NCBI RefSeq assembly: GCF_006345805.1
Contig: NW_021835279.1
Location: 1 to 43,183 of the forward strand
DNA: 43,183 nt
Source: Octopus sinensis
Taxonomy: Eukaryota
Direction: 5' to 3'
The notes under the pieces: model-generated
Told to the model about the DNA's origin: nothing
The model's input: only the letters and a program-made list of their open reading frames with translations
Databases searched by the model: none
Program-made: the position numbers and the translations under genes
In this document: piece after piece, positions 31,791 through 43,183 of the stretch
How positions within the stretch are numbered: the stretch's first letter is position 1
Layout: the number at the start of each line of letters is the position of its first letter

Positions 31791-33604
31791 TATATAAATA
31801 TATACATATATTCATATATTAGATATATATGTATATATAGATGTGTGTTTTTACGTATGCATATATATATATACATATATTTATATATGCACAATATATC
31901 TATATGTATATATATGTTGTATACCTGTATATAGCTGTGTATATTCTATAACAAACCATGACACACACACATATATGTTTACATTCATTCGTATGTATGT
32001 ATGTATGTATGTATGTAAGTATGTATGTACGTTTGTATGCATATACTTGTGTGCGCGTGACAAACCATGTACATTTAAAAACGCACACACACATTTATTT
32101 ATATATTCCAGTAGATCTGTATGTGTGTGCGTGTGTGTACGTTCTCTTGTGGCCAAGTTTTAATTCTTATTTCCATATCTCTCAAATAATCTCACTCTCT
32201 CTTTAACTATCCTCCCGCTACCCCCTCTTTCTCTCTCTTCTTTCTTTCAGTTCTTTTCTTCTCTCGCGTCTTCATTCAAATCTACCTCATTTCACACTTG
32301 TTCAAATACTTGTTTTAATACCGCTTATTCTCCTTCTCAATCTCTGTATTTGTGTCTCTATCTTCTCCTTACATATCCATGTACTTCCCAGTTCACGTAA
32401 CTTCAACAGATGTGTGTTGTAAAATATGTACGAGACACACAGACACATATACAAAACGAGGATATGCTATTGCATCAACAAGCTTTATGTCTAACACAAA
32501 CACGCAGACATACACACACACACACGCACACACACACAAAAGCACACATATGCAAACATATAGAATATACAGACGTTGCATATTGCAATACATACGTAAT
32601 CACAACACACGGAAGTATACACAGAAAACATACAAATAACAGTAAATGTGAGATAAGAAAAAAAAACTAGCGATGGCCGTTGGCGTTATTTAGCGTAAAT
32701 AAGGTAGATGTTGGTGGTTTGAATATCAAAGAAAGCAAATATGAATATATTTATATGAAATTAAATTTACTACTTTGTTAGAGTAAGAAGAAATCCTTAG
32801 TAAAATTACGAGTGACTTTCAAACAAAATGGAGGTAATTACAGGGAAATTTAATTTGCTCGTGTATAAGACGCATTAATTTATAATCGGTTTAAGCCGAA
32901 AAAAAAACGGGGGCTATTTATACACGATGTAAGGCTAACACTCTGAATGGAAGAAATTTGCGCAAAGATTTAGTGCTAAATAAGGAGTTTGACTTCAATA
33001 CGTTAGATATGTACACGAGAAAATATGGTATTTGTTTCAAAGAATATTTAATGTTTATATCTAGGAGAGAGTAATCTAACCTTTCTCAAGAGACAAGTGT
33101 GACTGAGGGGAAAGAATACAACCGAAACATGTGTTCTATTGCAAATATGTGTGTTAACAAATATAAGATTTTACGCTTCCTTCTTTCTATGTGTGTGTGT
33201 CTGTCTGTCGGTGCTCGTATGTATGCATCCCCCACTCAAATATATTACCTTACATCATATTTTGTTATTATCTACGCTTCATTTATATGTAAGCTGGAAT
33301 TTTTCTTGTTTATCTTAATAAAATTATTTGTGCGTGTGAGGGACAGAAGTTGTTTATGCCACTGTAAGCCCATTTGTTTGCTCTTTAATTTGACTCTGAT
33401 ATGGATAATTAGAATAGGGGACATGCGGTGCCAGCATTATTGTGAAAGTCAGAGTCGAAAACTCCTCTAAGAAAACCACCAATCACTGGAAAAATAGCAA
33501 ACTCAACAGAAATCGGGCAATTAGCAAAGAAATCAACTTACCATCTTGGCAGAAATATTTTTGAATATTTATTCATTTAGTAATTTTATATTCTTTAAGT
33601 CTTT

Positions 33605-33785
33605 AATTTGTTCCACTCATTTGATTGCGGCCATGCTGAAGCACATCCTTTAGTCGAACTTTTTTTGCCGAACCGCTAGGCTACGAGAACGGAAACACAC
33701 CGACATCGGTTGTCAAGCGATGGTGGAGTGTCAAGCGGAGAAACACAAACATACGTGCGGTCAACACAACCCCACCATTTATTGA

Positions 33786-33833
<48 letters not shown>

Positions 33834-34328
33834 CAACGAGCTTCTTTCAGTTTCTGTCTATCACCAGAGGTTATAGAAGACACTTGCCCAAGGTGCCAGA
33901 ACTATGTGGTTGGAAAGCAAGTTACTTACCACATAGCCACGCCTGCGCCTATATATCTATACACACATATATATGTGTGTGTGTGTGTGTGTGAGAGTGT
34001 GCGTGTATGTGTATGTATACTCAGGTCTATTCCCCGTTTTTTAGGAGGGGATAACCACAAGACACATAGTATTCGCGTAAGCGCGCCTATTCATACCTAC
34101 ACATGTGCGCCCGCACACCCACGTGCGTACGCACATATATATATATATATATATTATATATATACGGCTGGATTCTTACAGTTTCTGTCCAATAATTGTA
34201 CACACAAGGCTTTGGTCGACCCAAGGCTATAGTAGAAGACACTTACTCAAACTGCGACGCAGTGAGAATGAACCCGGAACCATGTGGTCGGTAAGAAAAC
34301 TACTTACCACACAGCCACTTCTGCGCCT
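33605..34328 (-). mobile_element. Two SINE C copies (33605-33950 internally deleted; 34163-34328 head half)
   Basis: Heads end CTTACCACA(T/C)AGCCAC..CTGCGCC on the plus strand; tail GCGGCCATGCTG at ~33628. Confidence 0.8.
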
Positions 34329-34559
34329 ATACATATATACATATACATATATATGTATGTGTGTGTGTGTGTTTGTATGGAATGAAAAACAATCAGACAC
34401 ACAGAGAAATAGACAGATTGCTATGCACGTATACAAATGTCTATATATGCGTATGTATGTATGTATGCACACACACACACACACACACATAAGCTATATC
34501 TTATATTCGTGGTGTTATACATATGTACACATATACATATCTACTTAGACACTCATATG

Positions 34560-36641
34560 ACACCTACTCACACACAGGCACACACACATATAACCAAAAC
34601 CTCACAAACACGCATATACTCACACACGCGCACTTTTACGCATTCCTACACACGTACACACAAAGGCACACACACATGCACACAGACACACACAGGCGCT
34701 CACATACACACATACACACAAACATACACACACAGGCACACATACACACACACGTACACACAGATGCACACACGCATGCACACACAGACGCACACACACA
34801 GACGCTCACATACACCCATACACACACATACACATACATACACACAAACATACACACACAGGCGCACACACGTACACACAGAGGCATACACACACATGCA
34901 CACAGAGACGCACACACACACAGACGCTCACATACACACATACACACGCATACACACAAACATACACACAGAGGCAAACACACACACGTACACACAGAGG
35001 CACACATACACATGCACACACAGACGCACACACACACACAGACGCTCACACACACACATACACACACACACTGCACACAGCGGCACACACACACATATGC
35101 ACACACAGACGCACACACACATGCACACACAGACGCACACCACACACAATGCTCACATACACACATACACTCACATAAACACAAACATGTACACACAGGA
35201 ACACATCACACACACATACACACATACACACCACAGACGCACACACCACCACAGATGCTCACATACACACATACACTCACATAACACAAACATGTACACA
35301 CAGGAACACATACACACACACATACACACATACACCACAGACGCACACACACACACACAGATGCTCACATACACACATACACTCACATAAACACAAACAT
35401 GTACACACGGGACACATACACACACACACTACACACATACACACACAGACGCACACACCACACAGATGCTCACATACACACATACACTCACATAACACAA
35501 ACATGTACACACAGGGACACATACACACACACATACACACATACACACACAGACGCCCACACCACACACAGATGCTCACATACACACATACACTCACATA
35601 AACACAAACATGTACACACAGGACACATACACACACACATACACACATACACACACAACGCACACACACACACAGATGCTCACATACACACATACACTCA
35701 CATAAACACAAACATGTACACACAGGGACACATACACCACACATACACACATACACAACACAGACGCACACACACACACAGATGCTCACATACACACATA
35801 CACTCACATAAACACAACATGTACACACAGGGACACATACACACACATACACACATACACACACAGACGCCACACACACACACAGATGCTCACATACACA
35901 CATACACTCACATAAACACAAACATGTACACACAGGGACACATACACACACACATACACACATACACACACAGACGCACACACACACACAGATGCTCACA
36001 TACACACATACACTCACATAACCACAACATGTACACACAGGGACACATACACACACACATACACACATACACACACAGACGCACACACACACACAGATGC
36101 TCACATACACACATACACTCACATAAACACAAACATGTACACACAGGGACACATACACACACACATACACACATACACACACAGACGCACACACACACAG
36201 ATGCTCACATACACACATACACTCACATAAACACAAACATGTACACACAGGGACACATACACACACACATACACACATACACACACAGACGCACACACAC
36301 ACACAGATGCTCACATACACACATACACTCACATAAACACAAACATGTACACACAGGGACACATACACACACACATACACACATACACACACAGACGCAC
36401 ACACACACACAGATGCTCACATACACACATACACTCACATAAACACAAACATGTACACACAGGGACACATACACACACATACACACACACATACACACAT
36501 ACACACACAGACGCACACACACACACAGATGCTCACATACACACATACACTCACATAAACACAAACATGTACACACAGGGACACATACACACACACATAC
36601 ACACATACACACACAGACGCACACACACACACACACAGACG

Positions 36642-36672
<31 letters not shown>
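34560..36672. repeat. CA-rich minisatellite, ~105-bp unit x ~14 (35130-36650), preceded by looser ~120-bp units
   Basis: GATGCTCACATACACACATACACTCACATAAACACAAACATGTACACACAGGGAC recurs every ~104-106 bp. Confidence 0.95.
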
Positions 36673-36673
<1 letters not shown>

Positions 36674-37059
36674 TTTCTGTTTTGCTTAAATTTTTTATAT
36701 CGATAATGTTGCTGCACATACTAAGTGAAAATTCCTTCTCCACACCTGCCTCTGCATACAACCCCACCGCACGCACCTACACCTCCACGTCTGCTGCAAG
36801 TGCTGTCGTTGGTGGTGCAGGTGGTGGCGTTGGTGCCGGCGTTCTTTGGGTGCAATTATGCAACTGCACTGGCAGTATACATTAGACTGATTTTGTGTGC
36901 ACCGCTGCATTCTGACGTGAGTGGGAGACGATCCTTTGTTCTAATGGCTTAAGAGACAGATTAATGATCACGTTCGTATTGCTTTGTAATATGGCATCGT
37001 ATTGATTGAGTCGGTTGATGAACTTGGTACTGGTGATTGTGCGTGTGGGGGAGGGGTAT

Positions 37060-38150
37060 TAGTGGTGCTGGTGGTGGTGGTGGTGGTGGTGGTGATAGTG
37101 GTCGTCGTAGTGGGGAAGTGGTTGTGGCGATGCTATTAGTGGTGGTGGTGGACTTGTTTGTGTTGGTGATGGTGAGAGTGATAGTTGAGTGATGGTGGTT
37201 GTGGTGGTATATGTGGTGGTGGTTGTGGTGGTATATGTGGTGGTGGTAGTTTCGGTGATAGTGGTGTTTGTGGTAGTTTCGGTGGTAGCTCCGGTGGTAG
37301 CTCCGGTGGTAGCTCCGGTGATAGTGGTGGTGGTGGACTTGGTTGTGTTGGTGATGGTGAGAGTGATAATGAGTGATGGTGGTGGTGGTGGTGGTGGCTG
37401 TTGTGGTAGTGACTGTGGTGATGGTGGTGGTGGTGGCTGTTGTGGTAGTGACTGTGGTGATGGTAGTGGTGGTGGTGTTGTGTTTGTGTTGTCATCGACG
37501 ATGATGGTAGTGAAGGTAGTGGCGGTGGTGGTAGTGTCAGTGATATTGGTAGTTTCGGTGGTAGTGGTGGTTGTGGTAGATGCGGTGATAGTGGTGGTAG
37601 TGGTAGTGTCGGTGATAGTGGTGTTTGTGGTAGTTTCGGTGGTAGTGGTGGTTGTGGTAGTGTCGGTGGTAGTGGTGTTTGTGGTAGTGTCGGTGATAGT
37701 GGTGTTTGTGGTAGTTTCGGTGGTAGTGGTGGTTGTGGTAGTGTCGGTGGTAGTGGTGGTTGTGGTAGTTGCGGTGATAGTGGTGGTTGTGGTAGTGTCG
37801 GTAATAGTGGTGGTTGTGGTAGTTTCGGTGGTAGTGGTGGTTGTGGTAGTTGCGGTGATAGTGGTGTTAGGGTAATCTTTGTGGTTGTGGTGCTAGTGTT
37901 AGTGGTGGTGTAGCCCTAGTGATTTTGCAGGTGATGTTAGTGGCGGAGATGGTGGTGGTGTGAGTAGCGGCGATAGTGCTGGTGATTGTTGTATATAGTG
38001 GTGGTGGAGGTAGTGGTGGTATTTGTGATAGTGGTATTAGGGTTGGTGGTAGTGTTCGAGGCGGTTGTGGTTGCGGTGGTTGTGATGATAATGACAGAGG
38101 TTGTAGTACTAGCGTTGTTAGCAGTGGTAATGGTGGTAGTGGTGCTTCCT
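37060..38150. repeat. Degenerate (GTG/GTA)n tract with ~27-30-bp periodicity at 37540-37865
   Basis: GTAGTGGTGGTTGTGGTAGT(G/T)TCGGTG repeated. Confidence 0.9.
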
Positions 38151-38654
38151 GATGTATGCGAGCAGATCCTTTTCTTCGTAGCTGTTGTAGTTGTCATCCT
38201 TGTTCTTAATGGCTTTGGTATTGAGATGATGGTATTAATTGTTGTATGGGTATCGTTTCAGAAACAGCAGTGCGTATTAAATGTTGCTGATGTAGTTGCA
38301 GTTAAGCAGTAGATGGATTTGTGTACTATGATTACTAAGATAATAGCTGTGTCGTAGAAGTGGTAGTAGAATTGAAATTGTTGTGAGGCATTTAGCGTGA
38401 TGATGGACATGTAAGTTGCGTTAGCTACTGTTGTTGTCGTTCTTGTTTATCACAAAGTCAAGCTTTATCTAATCGTCTTATGGTCAAAGGTAGTAGTTCT
38501 TAAATAAACAATTAACAGCCTCCCCCGTCACCCCAAGAAACGAAAATAGACCTTTGGGTAATTTATTGCTCTACTGCACCTTCATTATTAACGTAGAGTC
38601 GAAATAGGGTTAAAATCTAGTAAATTCTTTATTTTGGATGAAGTTTTTCTGAGA

Positions 38655-38980
38655 CTGGGTGGTGAAGAAACCCGTTTTGTAACCACGCGGTTCTAGGTCA
38701 AGCCCACAGCGTGATACTTTGGGTAAGCAAATTCTACTCTAACCTAGCGCCGACCAAAGACTAGTGAGTGGATTTGGTTCATGGAAACTGAAAGAAGCCC
38801 GTCCTATATATACATATATGTCTATGTCTATGTGTGCGTCTCTTTATGTCTGTGCTTGTATCCCGATCACCGCTTGACAACAAGTGTTGGTGTGTTGATG
38901 TCACCGTAACTTAACGGTTCGGCAAATGATACCGATAAAATAAGTACAAGGCTTAAGAAATAAGTCTTGGGATCGATTTG
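38655..38980 (+). mobile_element. Diverged SINE C
   Basis: GTGAGTGGATTTGG..GGAAACTGAAAGAAGCCCGTC and CGTAACTTAACGGTTCGGCAAA. Confidence 0.8.
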
Positions 38981-39080
38981 AGAAACAAAGCATATCAATA
39001 AGCCATTTTAACCGAATGTGATGACTGCGAATATAATGAAGGTAACGCCGGCAACGTTAATAGTTTTAACGTCAAATGCA

Positions 39081-39516
39081 ATGTATGTATATGTATGTAT
39101 ATATATGTATGTATATGTACATATATATATATATGTATGTATATATATGTATATATATACATATATATGTATGTATATATATATACATATATATATGTAT
39201 ATATACATATATGTGTATATATATGTATATACGTATATATATATATGTATATATATGTATATATATATATATGTATGTATATATGGATGTATATATATGT
39301 GTGTATGTATATATGTATGTATATATATATGTGTGTGTATGTATGTATATATATATATATATATGCATGCATGTGTATATATATATGTCTATGTATATAT
39401 ATCTATATGCATGCACGTATATATATGTATGTATATATATGCATATGCATGTATGTGTATATATATGTAAATGTGTATATATGTATATGTATATATATAT
39501 GTATATGCATGTATGC

Positions 39517-39560
<44 letters not shown>

Positions 39561-39593
39561 ATATGTATATGCATGTATGTGTGCATACACACG

Positions 39594-39632
<39 letters not shown>
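39081..39632. repeat. (TA)n/(TATG)n microsatellite
   Basis: Direct reading. Confidence 0.97.
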
Positions 39633-39633
<1 letters not shown>

Positions 39634-40279
39634 AGGGAAGCGAGAGACAAATACCTATGTATTGAGTGAAAATGTGTGAAAGTTTGTATAAATACGACAA
39701 TACAAAGAATGTGTGCGACAGAGCATAATAAATCATTTATAAATATTTTTTTTCAAAACCGCTTCAAAATAAATAAATAAAGTCACTCAATCTTTCTTTC
39801 AATATTCATTCGTTATAAGACATTCATACCTCGATGACATTTTCTCCCATCAACCACAGAACATGTTGACCTGTTAACCTCTCCCATAATCTCTCGTATT
39901 TCCTCGCTTCTTGAGAATCTCGTATTTATCTCGACTCAAAAAAAAATTTGTTTTGTTGCTGTTGTTGTTGTTGAATCTGCTGTTAATAAGTTGTTGTTGT
40001 TGTTTGTTGTTGTTGTTGTTGCTATTGTAGTTGTTTTCGCTGGTTTTTAATTCCATTAGAAAATTTTGTTGTTTATTGCATGAATTTTCATTTTTACAGA
40101 AATATTTTATTTCCCAAGTTTATATATATATATTGTATGTGCTTGTGTGTGTGTGTGCGTGTGTGGATATATATATATGTGTGGTGTGTTGTATATATAT
40201 ATGGGTGTGTGTATATATATAGTATATATATATAATATCCATATATATATAAGCATACATACACATACATAATACATAT

Positions 40280-40310
<31 letters not shown>

Positions 40311-41634
40311 TCCATATATATATAAGCATACATACACATACATATATACATATATACATATATACATATATATATCCATATAGATATAAGCATACATACA
40401 CAGTACATATATACATATATACATATATACATATATATATCCAGTATATATATATAAGCATACATACATATACATGATACATATATATAATATATATATA
40501 TATATATTATATATATATATATCATATATATATAAGCATACATACATCACATAATACATATATATATATATCCATATATATAAGCATACTTAAACATATG
40601 CCATTAACTTACGCCCATGAATACATATGCACACACTGGCATACGCACACTCACACACATGCACACTCTCTCACTCTTTCTCACACAAACACTCTCTCTC
40701 ATTCTCTCTTCCTCACACACGCACTCTGCCCATCTCGCACACACACGCACACACACACACACACATATATATATATAATATATAAGGGAAGCGAGAGACA
40801 AATAACTATGTATTGAGTGAAAATGTGTGAAAGTTTGTATAAATACGACAATACAAAGAATGTGTGCGACAGAGCATAATAAATCATTATAAATTTTTTT
40901 TTCAAAACCGCTTCAAAATAAATAAATAAAGTCACTCAATCTTTCTTTCAATAATCATTCGTTATAAGACATTCATACCTCGATGACATTTTCTCCCATC
41001 AACCACAGAACATGTTGTTGACCTGTTAACCTCTCCCATATATCTCCTCGTATTTCCTCGCTTCTTGAGAATCTCGTATCTTATCTCGACTCAAAAAAAA
41101 ATTTGCTTTTGTTGCTGTTGTTGTTGTTGAATCTGCTGTTAATATAGTTGTTGTTGTGTGTTGTTGTTGTGTTGTATGTAGTTGTTTTCGCTGGTTTTTA
41201 ATTCCATTAGAAAATTTTGTTGTTTATTTGCATGATTTTCATTTTTACAGAAATATTTTATTTCCCAAGTTTATATATATATGTGTATGTGCTTGTGTGT
41301 GTGTGCGTGTGTGTATATATATAATATGTGTGTGTTTGTATATATATATAGGTGTGTGTGTATAATATATGTATATATATATATATATCCATATATATAT
41401 AAGCATACATACACATACATAGCTTTACATATATACATATATACATATATATATAATATATATAATCCATATATATATAAGCATACATACACATACAAAT
41501 ATACATAATACATATATACATATATATATCCATATAATATAAGCATACATACACATACATATATACATATATACATATTATACATATATCTATCCATAAT
41601 ATATAAGCATACATACATATACATATATACATCA

Positions 41635-41667
<33 letters not shown>

Positions 41668-41912
41668 ATATCCATATTATATAAGCATACATTACATATA
41701 CATTATATACATATATATATATATCCATATATATAAGCATACTTACACATATGCCATTACACCTTACGCCCATGAATACATATGCACACACTGGCATACG
41801 CACACTCACCACACATGCACACTCCTCACTCTGTCTCACACAAACACTCTCTCTCATTCTCTTTCCTCACACACGCACTCTGCCCATCTCGCACACACAC
41901 GACACACACACA
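39595..41912. repeat. Tandem duplication of ~1.15 kb
   Basis: TATAAGGGAAGCGAGAGACAAAT at 39630 and 40781; GCACTCTGCCCATCTCGCAC at 40721 and 41875. Confidence 0.95.
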
Positions 41913-42116
41913 TAAATGCATAAATTTGTAAATTACGTCGATATGGTTCTGGTGTTTTTGCTTCTTGTTCTTTGCCTGTAAATTACTAAAAATAGTGGAA
42001 TTCGAGAATATTTATTCTGCGAGATGTTAAATAGATTCATCAAACACTTTTTTCTATTCTTACTCGAAGAGGCATAATGCACCACCGTTGTTGATGATAT
42101 GATAATAATGCTAATG

Positions 42117-42149
<33 letters not shown>

Positions 42150-42249
42150 GGCGGTGCCCCAGCATGGCCACAGCTCATGAGCTGAAACTAGAATCAATCA
42201 ATAATAATAATAATAATACTTTCTGCTATAGGCACTAGGCCTGAAATTT

Positions 42250-42825
42250 GACTGGTACTTATTTTATCGAAAATGAAAAGATGAGAGGCAAAGTCGACCT
42301 TGGCGAAATTTGAACTCAGAACGTAACGGCAGACGAAATGCCTATTTCTTTACTACCCTCAAGGGGCTAAACACAGAGAGGACAAACAAGGACAGACAAA
42401 CGGATTAAGTCGATTATATCGACCCCAGTGCGTAACTGGTACTTATTTAATCGACCCCGAAAGGATGAAAGGCAAAGTCGACCGTGGCGGAATTTGAACT
42501 CAGAACGTAGCGGCAGACAAAATACCTATTTCTGTACTACCCACAAGGGGCTAAGTACAGAGAGGACAAACAAGGACAGACAAACGGATTAAGTCGATTA
42601 TATCGACCCCAGTGCGTAACTGGTACTTATTTAATCGACCCCGAAAGGATGAAAGGCAAAGTCGACCTCGGCGGAATTTGAACTCAGAACGTAGCGGCAG
42701 ACGAAATACCTATTTCTCAATTACCCACAAGGGGATAGGCACAGAGAGGACAAGCAAGGACAGACAAACGGATTAAGTCGGTCATATCGACTCCAGTGCA
42801 TAACTGGTACTTATTTAATCGACCC
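42250..42825 (-). mobile_element. SINE family A concatemer (two full 184-bp units plus two partial units)
   Basis: Junction AAAT(A/G)CCTATTTC with its CC at 42341, 42525 and 42709, spaced 184 bp. Confidence 0.92.
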
Positions 42826-43183
42826 AATGCACCATTCTCTTCCATCTTGGACCAATTGGTTTAACTAAATCGTCTGATTGGGTAGAGACGGACGCAACGT
42901 GCCCCGCCTTCTCCTCCCATGTGATGACCCTGGTCTTCGTCGACAATGATGGACAAATAATAAGATAGTTCCCGTCTCAATTGTGGATATGATTGCAGTG
43001 AGAACGGTACAATCGAAGTGTCTTCTTGCAAGAAGGATTTTGTTGAATTTAGTTGGAGCACACCACCCATTGCAGTAAACGCCTTACATCTTAATATAGC
43101 TGTTAAAATCTATTAATTTTTAAAAATTAACTTCTTATTAAGTTCTGGTTTTGTATCTCTTGTTGCTGATATATTTAAATGCC

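Noticed and set aside
37136-38312. Val-rich, Gly-rich or antisense Thr-rich mucin-like ORFs
   Set aside because: Degenerate trinucleotide repeat with no convincing splice sites or non-repetitive domain.

Overview
Eukaryotic, AT-rich, repeat-dominated DNA. The SINE families and very dense microsatellites point to a coleoid cephalopod, most likely Octopus (inference). Almost all ORFs in the supplied track are translations of microsatellites. The supportable content is: three tRNA-derived SINE families (many copies, several with target-site duplications); remnants of R4/Dong-type RLE retrotransposons; a mariner remnant; GGATC-ended MITEs with 8-bp TSDs; Penelope-like remnants; three minisatellites (87, ~246, ~105 bp); a ~1.15-kb tandem duplication; and a weakly supported cluster of phase-compatible small plus-strand exons at 4.9-5.7 kb. 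Most notable: (i) at least six hammerhead-ribozyme motifs, two with intact cores and two belonging to one family with a long loop II; (ii) a SINE that inserts as head + (184-bp)n concatemers with the same junction at three loci; (iii) an 87-bp satellite made of tandem Pol III A/B-box SINE heads with no T4 terminator; (iv) a non-coding 557-bp element sitting in (TAA)n beside a Dong/R4 remnant, both nested in a mariner; (v) close inverted SINE pairs able to form long dsRNA. All calls were made by eye, so repeat boundaries are approximate and family names are unverified.
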